DNA of 64,000 nt, taken from assembly GCA_963810095.1 (NCBI GenBank), contig CAWEMM010000014.1, positions 210,240-274,239 on the forward strand, written 5' to 3'. The notes beneath the pieces were generated by a model. The model had not been told where the DNA came from, made no database searches, and was given only the letters and a program-made list of their open reading frames with translations. This stretch comes from an uncultured Chloroflexia bacterium. Its GTDB lineage: Bacteria; Chloroflexota; Anaerolineae; CG2-30-64-16. Below are positions 18,989 through 26,543 of the stretch, one piece after another. The translations under genes and the position numbers were made by a program. The stretch's first letter is position 1; each line of letters starts with the position of its first letter.

Positions 18989-19180
18989 ATGGCCAAGTGT
19001 GAAGTTTGCGGCAAGGGGCCACAGTTCGGAAACAACGTCAGCCACTCGATGCGCCACACGCGGCGCCGCTGGAACGTCAACGTGCAGCGGATGAGCGTCA
19101 ACGTGAACGGCGTTCAGAAGAAGCAATACGTGTGCGCCCAGTGCATCAAGACGATGCGCAAGGCGACGGCGGCGAAGTAA
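18989..19180 (+). CDS. rpmB: 50S ribosomal protein L28
   Basis: ORF 18917..19180 trimmed to ATG 18989 (GGGGGA upstream). [31 protein letters not shown] is the L28 signature. Confidence 0.9.
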   Translation: MAKCEVCGKGPQFGNNVSHSMRHTRRRWNVNVQRMSVNVNGVQKKQYVCAQCIKTMRKATAAK

Positions 19181-19212
19181 CACAGCGCTCCCTGCCAACT
19201 CGACTGCATGCG

Positions 19213-19241
19213 GCCGGCGCCATCGCCGGCTGTTTGCTTTT
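19213..19241 (+). terminator. rho-independent terminator downstream of rpmB
   Basis: GCCGGCG ccat CGCCGGC stem-loop followed by TGTTTGCTTTT. Confidence 0.65.
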
Positions 19242-19310
19242 AACGAGCCTGCGTCCACCGGCCTGTGCGGCACGGGACGCAGCCGACCTGAGATCGGACT
19301 GATCTTCCTG

Positions 19311-19985
19311 TTAGCGCGCGGGCTGACTTGCATTCACCGCGTCGCGTAATGCCCCGATCCCGCCCCCGGGGCCACCCTGGTGCTTGAAAACCGCAGTGCC
19401 GGCCACCAGCACGTTTGCGCCCGCGGCAACCACGTCGCCCGCCGTGCTCGCGTCGATGCCGCCATCCACCTCGATATCGATCTCCCGGCCGGTCACCCTG
19501 ATCATTTCGGCCAGCCGCGCGATCTTGTCCGTCATGGTCGGGATGTAGCTCTGGCCGCCGAACCCGGGATTCACCGACATAATCAGCACCTGGTCCACAA
19601 ACGGCAGGATCTCGCGCACGGTCTCGAGCGAAGTCGCGGGATTGAGCGTGACGCTCGGCCGCGCGCCCAGGCCGCGTATCTGCTGGATGACCCGGTGCAG
19701 GTGGGGGCACGCTTCCACGTGGACGCTGAGGATCGACGCGCCGGCGTCGACAAAATCGGCAACGTAGCGCTCGGGCTGCGTGATCATGAGGTGGACGTCG
19801 AGCGGCAGCCGGCTGACCCTTTTCAGCGCAGCCACGACCGGCAAACCGATGCTGATGTTGGGCACAAAATGGCCGTCCATCACGTCGACGTGTACATAGT
19901 CGGCGCCGCCGGCTTCAATCGCCCGGATGGCTTCCCCGAGGCGAGCGAAATCGGCGGATAGGATGGACGGCGCGATCTTTACCAC
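19311..19985 (-). CDS. rpe: ribulose-phosphate 3-epimerase
   Basis: ORF 19311..20213 trimmed to GTG 19985 (GGGGGA 6 nt upstream). Motifs [33 protein letters not shown] and VDGGI. Confidence 0.9.
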   Translation of the reverse strand: MVKIAPSILSADFARLGEAIRAIEAGGADYVHVDVMDGHFVPNISIGLPVVAALKRVSRLPLDVHLMITQPERYVADFVDAGASILSVHVEACPHLHRVIQQIRGLGARPSVTLNPATSLETVREILPFVDQVLIMSVNPGFGGQSYIPTMTDKIARLAEMIRVTGREIDIEVDGGIDASTAGDVVAAGANVLVAGTAVFKHQGGPGGGIGALRDAVNASQPAR

Positions 19986-20303
19986 GAATTCCCCCTGGTG
20001 GCGGCCGCACGGCATTGGGCGCCGCATGCATACTCGCTGCGGAAAAGCGCTAAAACGACACAGCAGAGCCGAACCCACGCGGTCCGGCTCCAACACTCGA
20101 CACGAAAACTGCGTGGCCATAATACAACAGAACAGGGTGAAGCGCAAAGCTCGGGCCATAATCACCGCGGCTGTGCGGTCACTCCTGCGAGTTGGGATGA
20201 AACTTTCCTGCACCGGCTGCGTAAAGTAAATAGACTGAGATAGTTAGGTTCCGCGTGGTGCTTAACACGTGGGCCATCGCAGAGGAAGCACAGGGAGGGC
20301 ATT

Positions 20304-20816
20304 ATGACCGAGGAACCGAAGGTCGACGAGACCATGGGTAGCGAAGAGATGGGCAGCGCGGGGCAGACGACGACCGAGCGCAGCATCGCGGACGAACTCG
20401 CGAAGCTGGGCCAGCAGTTGGCCGCCGCGGCCCGCACGGCGTGGGAGAGCGAAGACCGCAAGCGCCTGCAGAGCGAGATCACGACCGGCGTGCAGCGCTT
20501 CGGCCAGGAGATCTCCACCGCGGCAAGCAAGGCAGTCGAGAGCGACCAGGCCAAGGAACTGAAGACGCGCGCCACCCGGGTGGCCGAGGACGTGCAGAAG
20601 ACCGACGTGATCGAGGAAGTTCGCAAGGGCTTGCTGGTCGGCCTGGAAGCCATCAACCGCGAGCTCGGCAAGATGCTCGAGCGCATGGAGCCGAAGGCCG
20701 GCACGACTGAGGTCGGGTCCCCGTTCACCGATACGACCGGCGGCGAGACCGTTGTCGTCGCCGAAACGCCCATCGTGCCCGACGTGACCCCGGACGAGGA
20801 AAACCCCGTCGCGTAG
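20304..20816 (+). CDS. hypothetical acidic helical protein
   Basis: 170-aa ORF with GGGAGGG upstream. No family recognised. Confidence 0.55.
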   Translation: MTEEPKVDETMGSEEMGSAGQTTTERSIADELAKLGQQLAAAARTAWESEDRKRLQSEITTGVQRFGQEISTAASKAVESDQAKELKTRATRVAEDVQKTDVIEEVRKGLLVGLEAINRELGKMLERMEPKAGTTEVGSPFTDTTGGETVVVAETPIVPDVTPDEENPVA

Positions 20817-20838
20817 ACGGCCTCGATACCAAGTTACA

Positions 20839-20904
20839 GCAAACCAGGTTTCGCCCCAACACGCTGCGACGGCAGGCAGTTGGGGGCGCCGAAGCCTGGT
20901 TTGT
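20839..20904. repeat. expanded copy 4 of the palindromic element; probable bidirectional terminator
   Basis: GCAAACCAGGTTTCG-CCCCAAC, an 18-nt loop, then GTTGGGG-gcgc-CGAAGCCTGGTTTGT. Lies between the convergent genes 20304..20816 and 20919..22370. Confidence 0.75.
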
Positions 20905-20918
20905 TTATTGTCCGGATC

Positions 20919-22370
20919 TCAGCTGCCCCCACCCTCCGGCGTCACGGCCTGCTCGTCGGCCATGAGTTGGAAGACGTTCCAGCTCGCCCGGGCCAGGTCG
21001 CCCATGGTGGGGCTCGAGTAGGCCCATTCGAGCCACGTCGGGCGGTACAGGAACACCGAAAGCACAAACGGCCCTGCCGGCCCCCAAATCGCCGCCACGT
21101 CCCCATGCGTGTCGGGCACGTACCCGTGCTTGTGCACGGCTTTGGCGCCCTGGGGCAGCCCGCCCACGATCATCTCCTTCATCTCGTTAAGCGACATGAA
21201 GTCGAGCGCTTGCTGGCACTCCTCGGGCGTGATCTTGTTGTCATACAGCGCGATGAGCGTGCCGCCGCCCTGACTGCACGAGACCAGCATCTCGAGCGCG
21301 CTCCCGATGTCGCGCGGGGTCGTCTGCATGTACGGATCGGGCTGCGTGTTCATGTCCTTGCGCTGGTTCGCCTCGGTCACGATGTGCGGCGGGACGGCCA
21401 TCTTGCGGTCGTACGGCGCAGCCATAAACGTGTTCGTCATCCCCAGCGCCTTGAACTGCTTGTTCATTTCCGCGACCCCGCGGTCCCAGTCGCCGTCGCC
21501 TACGATGCCCAACATCAAGTTCGCCGTGAAGTTCCCGCTGTGCATCATCGTTTCGCTGATCACCTTGCTCGTCTCGATCCCAGGCGGCTGATCCAGCTTC
21601 CGGTAGACCTGTTCGAGGATGCCGATCTTGAGCGTGCTCGTGCCGGCGTAGGCCACATCCGCGTTGATCGCAATCTCTTCGCCTGTGGGCAAGTAGTGCA
21701 GCCAAACACTTCCGATGCCCGGGAACTGGTCGAGGCGGGCCTGCAGGAGCGATCCCAACGCCTTCACGTCGATCGGCTGGGGCGGGGTCACCTTCGTCGG
21801 CAGCTTCACCGACCGCGTCCCGGGACTGGCCAGGCCCGCAATCAACATCTTCTTGGCCTCGACGCGGTCCGTTTCGAGGCCCGGCTTGCCGGGGGTCAGC
21901 GTTAGCGATTCCAGCACGGGCACGGGCGCGCCGGGCGGCCGGTCGTGCGTTTTGATCGCCTCGTCCAGCCAGGCGTCGAGCGCGGCTTCGTCATACCGGT
22001 AGTGCAAGGGGATGTCTACGGTCCGGGGCGTCCGCTCGAGCGAGTGCTCGACCAGGTAGCGCACCAGGAGGCCGGGCTGGTCCTGCGCCTGAGCCTCCTT
22101 GAGCATCGCGTACACGTCGACCTGGAACCCCACCGTCTCAGGCCGCAGCACCAGGCGCTCATCGCCATGCCATACTTCGAGCGGCTCTTTCAGGCCCTGC
22201 GTCAGCGACGTCATCGCTTCGCTCTCGCTGGCGCCGTACACTTCGAGGCCGCCGACGCGTACCCAGGCAGGCACGACGCCCGCCGTGCGCCGGTAACGGA
22301 TGTAGGGCAGCGACAGAACTGCGACTGCGACGAGCAGCAGGATCAGCACTATCCGAAAAGTCTTACGCAA
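20919..22370 (-). CDS. membrane-anchored serine hydrolase, class-A beta-lactamase/PBP-like fold
   Basis: 483 aa with an N-terminal TM helix and the motifs STLK (SxxK), SGN (SxN) and KHG (KTG-like). Confidence 0.65.
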   Translation of the reverse strand: MRKTFRIVLILLLVAVAVLSLPYIRYRRTAGVVPAWVRVGGLEVYGASESEAMTSLTQGLKEPLEVWHGDERLVLRPETVGFQVDVYAMLKEAQAQDQPGLLVRYLVEHSLERTPRTVDIPLHYRYDEAALDAWLDEAIKTHDRPPGAPVPVLESLTLTPGKPGLETDRVEAKKMLIAGLASPGTRSVKLPTKVTPPQPIDVKALGSLLQARLDQFPGIGSVWLHYLPTGEEIAINADVAYAGTSTLKIGILEQVYRKLDQPPGIETSKVISETMMHSGNFTANLMLGIVGDGDWDRGVAEMNKQFKALGMTNTFMAAPYDRKMAVPPHIVTEANQRKDMNTQPDPYMQTTPRDIGSALEMLVSCSQGGGTLIALYDNKITPEECQQALDFMSLNEMKEMIVGGLPQGAKAVHKHGYVPDTHGDVAAIWGPAGPFVLSVFLYRPTWLEWAYSSPTMGDLARASWNVFQLMADEQAVTPEGGGS

Positions 22371-22371
22371 C

Positions 22372-23964
22372 TTACTCCCACTCGATCGTGGCCGGAGGTT
22401 TCGAGCTTACGTCGTACACGACGCGATTCACTCCCGGCACCTCGTTGACAATGCGGTTGCTGATGCGTGCCAGTACGTCATAGGGCAGCCGGGCCCAGTC
22501 TGCCGTCATGAAGTCGTCCGTGGTGACCGCACGTATCGCTGCGGTGTCGGCATAGGTCCGGCCGTCGCCCATGACGCCGACCGAGCGCACCGGGAGCAGC
22601 ACGACAAAGGCCTGCGACACCGCACGGTAGAGGCCGGCCGCCCGCAGTTCTTCGAGAAAAATCGCATCCGCCCGGCGCAGCGTCTCCAGTCGCTCCCAGG
22701 TCACCTCGCCGATGATGCGGATGGCGAGGCCCGGACCGGGGAAGGGATGGCGCCAGACGATTTCTTCAGGCAGGCCGAGCGCCTCGCCCACCAGACGCAC
22801 TTCGTCCTTGAACAGGTTCCGCAGCGGCTCGATGAGCTTGAACTGCATATCTTCGGGCAAGCCACCGACGTTGTGGTGCGTCTTGATGGTGCGTGCGGTG
22901 CGCTGCTCCCCCCGGCTCGCCGACTCGATCACGTCGGGGTAGAGCGTGCCCTGGGCCAGGTACTGGGCCGGGACCGCAGCCTTCGACCCCATCGCCGGCT
23001 GCTCAGCGCGCTCGGTCAAGGCTGCGTCCGCGGCGGCAGCCTCGAAGACCCGCACGAAGCGCTTGCCGATCCGTTTGCGCTTCTGCTCCGGGTCGGTGAC
23101 CCCGGCCAGGTCGGCGAGGAAGTCCTCGGTCGCATTGATTGCGGCCAGCCGCATCCCCATGTGGCGCTGGAACGTTTCAATGACCTGGCTCGCTTCGCCC
23201 TGGCGCAGCAGCCCGTGGTCGACGAACACGCAGGTGAGTTGATCGCCAATGGCCCGGTGGATGAGCGCGGCCGCGACGGCGGAGTCGACCCCGCCGCTGA
23301 GACCGCACACCACCCGGCCGTCGCCCACCTGCTTGCGGATGCCCTCGACCGACTCGACAATGAAGTTCGCGGCGGTCCAATCGGGCCGGCAGCCGCAGAT
23401 GTCGAGCACGAAGTTGTGGAGGAGGGCCTTGCCCTGAGGCGTGTGCTGCACTTCCGGGTGGAACTGGACGCCGTAGAGGCCCTTGGCCGGGTCGCCCATG
23501 GCTGCCACGGACGACGGAGTCGTCGCGAGCGGCGTAAAGGTCGGCGGCAGGTCGATCACGTGGTCGCCGTGGCTCATCCACACGCTCAGCTCGAGCGGCA
23601 GACCATAGAACAGCGCGGCGTCTTCGGCGACGACCGTGACGCCTGCATGGCCGTATTCGCGGCGGGCGGAGGCGTCTACGCGGCCGCCGAGGTTGTGGGC
23701 CAGCAGTTGCATCCCGTAGCAGATGCCCAGCACCGGCTTGCCGCTGGCGAGCACGTAGTCGGGCAGGCGCGGCGCTCCCGGATCATAGACGCTGCTGGGC
23801 CCGCCAGACAGGATGAAGCCCCGGGGGTTGAGCTCGGTGATCCGGGCCGCAGGCGCGTCCCACGGAACCAGCTCGCAGTAGACGTGCAGCTCACGCACTC
23901 GCCGGGTGATGAGCTGCGCCGTCTGAGAGCCGTAGTCCAGGATCGCGATGCTATCGTGCTTCAT
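22372..23964 (-). CDS. guaA: glutamine-hydrolysing GMP synthase
   Basis: 530 aa with GATase motif [11 protein letters not shown]-loop SGGVDS and C-terminal PPATIEWE. Confidence 0.95.
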   Translation of the reverse strand: MKHDSIAILDYGSQTAQLITRRVRELHVYCELVPWDAPAARITELNPRGFILSGGPSSVYDPGAPRLPDYVLASGKPVLGICYGMQLLAHNLGGRVDASARREYGHAGVTVVAEDAALFYGLPLELSVWMSHGDHVIDLPPTFTPLATTPSSVAAMGDPAKGLYGVQFHPEVQHTPQGKALLHNFVLDICGCRPDWTAANFIVESVEGIRKQVGDGRVVCGLSGGVDSAVAAALIHRAIGDQLTCVFVDHGLLRQGEASQVIETFQRHMGMRLAAINATEDFLADLAGVTDPEQKRKRIGKRFVRVFEAAAADAALTERAEQPAMGSKAAVPAQYLAQGTLYPDVIESASRGEQRTARTIKTHHNVGGLPEDMQFKLIEPLRNLFKDEVRLVGEALGLPEEIVWRHPFPGPGLAIRIIGEVTWERLETLRRADAIFLEELRAAGLYRAVSQAFVVLLPVRSVGVMGDGRTYADTAAIRAVTTDDFMTADWARLPYDVLARISNRIVNEVPGVNRVVYDVSSKPPATIEWE

Positions 23965-23977
23965 GGTCCAGCCCTTA

Positions 23978-24010
23978 ACAAACCGGGTTTCTGCCAGAAA
24001 CCCGGTTCGT
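23978..24010. repeat. 33-nt palindromic intergenic element, copy 5 (ACAAACCGGGTTTCT gcc AGAAACCCGGTTCGT)
   Basis: One arm mismatch; the central bases pair as G:C. Abuts the xpt stop codon. On the minus sense it is followed by GGTTTGTTAAGGG and the guaA start. Confidence 0.85.
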
Positions 24011-24582
24011 CATTCCTCCAGCGTGATCTTGCCATTATCCATCGCCGTGATCACTGCGAGCGTCTCGATGGGCACGCCAAGGTCGGCAAGTGCCTCTCGC
24101 CCGCCCTCAAAGCGCTTCTCGATCACGGCACCGATCGCGATGAGGTGTGCGCCCGAAGCCTGGACGAGCCGCACCAGGGCCCGAATCGTCTCGCCCCGCG
24201 CAAGAAAGTCGTCGATCACGAGCACGTGGTCGCGGGGTCCCAGGAACTCGGGTGAGATCATCAACTCGGTCATAACGCCCTTGGTATGGGAGGGTGCGGA
24301 GGCCTTCATCGCGTTGGGGTGCATGGTCACCGGCTTCGTCTTCCGGGCGTAGACAACGGGGATGCCGAGGGCCAGCCCTGTCGTCAGCGCCGGAGCGATG
24401 CCGCTGATCTCTGCAGTGACGATTTTGTCTGCGCCGAGATGTGCAAAGCGGGCGGCCAGCGCGCCGCCGACCGCCAGCATGAGTGCCGGGTCGACCTGGT
24501 GGTTGATGAAGCTGTCCACCTTTAGGATGCCGTGGCCGAGGTTAACGCCGTCGCGGCGGATGCGGTCTTTCAAGAGCTCCAT
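24010..24582 (-). CDS. xpt: xanthine phosphoribosyltransferase
   Basis: ORF 24010..24789 trimmed to ATG 24582 (GAGGAG upstream). Motifs ILKVDSFINHQVDP and VLVIDDFLARGET (PRPP loop). Confidence 0.85.
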   Translation of the reverse strand: MELLKDRIRRDGVNLGHGILKVDSFINHQVDPALMLAVGGALAARFAHLGADKIVTAEISGIAPALTTGLALGIPVVYARKTKPVTMHPNAMKASAPSHTKGVMTELMISPEFLGPRDHVLVIDDFLARGETIRALVRLVQASGAHLIAIGAVIEKRFEGGREALADLGVPIETLAVITAMDNGKITLEE

Positions 24583-24617
24583 GGGCGTGACTCCTCTCGT
24601 CGCTGCTAGAGACAGAT

Positions 24618-24647
24618 ATTGTACCAAACGCAGGCCGAAATGGTGAA
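24618..24647 (-). promoter_or_regulatory. candidate xpt promoter
   Basis: Minus sense reads TTCACC, an 18-nt spacer ending in TGG, then TACAAT. Lies about 35 nt upstream of ATG 24582, which leaves no room for a riboswitch. Confidence 0.45.
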
Positions 24648-24782
24648 AGGCAGCCGCGCCAGCCGCAGTGGCCGGGTGTGGCTCGCGCGGTAGATGCCAG
24701 TGCCGGGGGCAAGTGATGTGCAATACGCGCAAATGCCAGCCGGCGTCAGCTAAATCCGCTAATGACGTTAAAGAAAACGCGC

Positions 24783-24811
24783 TTGACACCGCAAGTTGTG
24801 AGCGGTATTAT
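24783..24811 (+). promoter_or_regulatory. near-consensus sigma-70-type promoter
   Basis: TTGACA ccgcaagttgtgagcgg TATTAT with a 17-nt spacer. Divergent from xpt. Confidence 0.6.
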
Positions 24812-24818
24812 GTGTCAA

Positions 24819-25206
24819 GTCATGAAGCGTTGACACTCATCCGAGATTTGAGCTACATGGACCCGACTTCGTCGCAGCCACATGCCAATTCGCCCTGGGG
24901 GTTTGTTACCAGGCGGTCACTGACCGCCGACTGGATGCCTGGCGTTGAACCCGCGTTTGATGCAGCCGGTCGTTCATCCCCTTGCGGTGGCTACTTCTGT
25001 CGCTACTGTATTCGTTCCGCGCATCCCTCGACCCGGGATGAGAGGACACCCGCCCTCAGCGCTCGCGCTCGCCGGACGTAGCATTCGCTCGAAGCACCGC
25101 ACCCCGTTCACTCTCGTCCAAGCCCCTGCTTTTCCCTGCCCCCGCACGCTTCGACACGCACCTTGTCTACTCGCCCCAGAGGCGCGGAGGACAAAGGAGG
25201 CACCAA
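24819..25206 (+). other. roughly 390-nt untranslated region downstream of the consensus promoter; candidate ncRNA or long regulatory leader of the response-regulator gene
   Basis: No convincing ORF; the two listed ORFs are Arg/Pro-rich with weak third-position GC bias. Contains the 17-nt palindrome GGCGGTCACTGACCGCC (24912-24928) and repeated TTGACAC heptamers. No Rfam-class signature that I recognise. Confidence 0.3.
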
Positions 25207-25854
25207 GTGCGATTCCTGCTGGTTGACGACCACCCTATCTTCCTGAATGGACTGCTGCAGCTCCTGGCTGTGTCGGGCTTTGACGTTGTGGGTACGGCGC
25301 ACGATGGCTTCGAAGCCCTTACCCAGACGCGTCTGCTCAAGCCCGACGTCGTGTTGATGGATGTCCGGATGCCGCGTTGCGACGGGCTGGAAGGCACCCG
25401 CCTGGTCAAGGCCGAATTTCCCGACGTCCGCGTGGTCATGCTCACCGCCTGTGATGACGACGATGCCCTGTTTGAAGCGATTCGGTGCGGCGCGTCGGGT
25501 TATCTGCTAAAGGGTCAGGACTCGGACGACTTTCTGCACGCACTTGCAGAACTGGCGCACGGCGACATTCCGCTGGCGCCAGGCTTAGCCCTACGCATCC
25601 TCGGTGAGTTTGCGCGTCTGGTCCCCCCGCCATCGGACGGAGGCAAGGATGGGACTGAGCTCTCGCCGCGGCAGACGGAGATTCTCGCACTTGTCGCAAC
25701 CGGCATGACTTACAAGCAGATCGGGGACAAGCTGGGTCTCTCGGAGCGAACGGTCAAATACTACATGAGCCAGACGCTAGCGCTGCTGCATCTCAAGGGC
25801 CGGGCAGAGGCCGTCTCCTACGCGCGGAGCCACAATCTCGCGGCACGATCCTGA
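25207..25854 (+). CDS. NarL/LuxR-family response regulator; no adjacent histidine kinase
   Basis: GTG start with AAAGGAGG upstream. REC domain (LLVDDHPIF...VVLMDVRMP) plus an HTH_LuxR domain (LSPRQTEILALVATGMTYKQIGDKLGLSERTVKYY). Confidence 0.9.
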   Translation: MRFLLVDDHPIFLNGLLQLLAVSGFDVVGTAHDGFEALTQTRLLKPDVVLMDVRMPRCDGLEGTRLVKAEFPDVRVVMLTACDDDDALFEAIRCGASGYLLKGQDSDDFLHALAELAHGDIPLAPGLALRILGEFARLVPPPSDGGKDGTELSPRQTEILALVATGMTYKQIGDKLGLSERTVKYYMSQTLALLHLKGRAEAVSYARSHNLAARS

Positions 25855-26133
25855 TCTCCTGGTAGCCCCCGCGCACTGCACTTCGTACTGCACCTTCCCG
25901 CCTGCACCTTTTGTTCTCCTGGCGCTCCTCGGTGTCCTCGCCTTGCCCTTTGCGCGGCCAGGCCTGTCCAAACTTGCCCCTGACACTGTCCCTTTCGCGC
26001 GCTCAAGGACAATGACAGCCACGACGAAAGTCTTATCCTAAGGTTGCTACTTCCGGAGCCACTGTTGCGGCGACAGGGTTCTGTGTTCGAGCAACACCGG
26101 GACACCGGCGCAATGGGGGCGGGGGGTGATGAT

Positions 26134-26484
26134 ATGCATCGTCGGATTGCGCTCGTAGGGAAATCTGTGGGGCTCAACAGCATTGGCGCAGGCCTCGCAG
26201 GACGTCTGGACTTTGACTTGTTGCAGTACGCTGGCGAACTCGCTGACGTAGGCTTTTGGATCGACGAGGTCGCGCCCGATGCGGTCATCTTCGACATCGC
26301 CGGGACGCAGGCCTGTCCGGTCGTCGCGCCGATGCGTCATCCCGGGCTGCTGCTGATCGGTTTGGATCTGTCGAGCCACGAGATGCTCGTGCTCTCCGGC
26401 GAGCAAGTTCAGCTCGCGACAGTCGATGACCTGTTAAGTGTTCTGTCACGCCCAGGTCACCTGACAGAGCTGTGTGGCAACTAG
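26134..26484 (+). CDS. hypothetical protein, possibly a degenerate receiver-like fold
   Basis: ORF 26044..26484 trimmed to ATG 26134 (GGGGGGTGA upstream). The alternating beta/alpha pattern RIALVG...DAVIFDI...LLLIGLD is only suggestive. Confidence 0.45.
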   Translation: MHRRIALVGKSVGLNSIGAGLAGRLDFDLLQYAGELADVGFWIDEVAPDAVIFDIAGTQACPVVAPMRHPGLLLIGLDLSSHEMLVLSGEQVQLATVDDLLSVLSRPGHLTELCGN

Positions 26485-26543
26485 GTTAGGAGTTGGGGCC
26501 GCTTGAGGCGCCGACGAGGGCGCGGCTGGTAGGAGACGGACTG

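Noticed and set aside
11001-24255. Other long shadow ORFs (11001..12395, 13331..14227, 15005..16483, 16843..18408, 20880..21905, 22747..24255)
   Set aside because: Each lies antisense to a confidently recognised gene (yceD-like/coaD, recG, degV, yloV-like, hydrolase, guaA). Each has Arg/Pro/Gly/His-rich low-information sequence.
24583-24790. Purine riboswitch upstream of xpt
   Set aside because: I read the minus-strand leader. A plausible promoter (TTCACC-18-TACAAT) sits only about 35 nt from the start codon. I see no three-way junction or conserved purine-riboswitch loop sequences. A cmscan would be needed for certainty.
24668-25226. ORFs 24668..25081 (137 aa) and 24945..25226 (93 aa) in the xpt/regulator spacer
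   Set aside because: They lack a ribosome-binding site and are Arg/Pro/Ser-rich. Third-position G+C is only about 64% in the stretch I counted. One begins upstream of the predicted promoter. I treated the region as non-coding.
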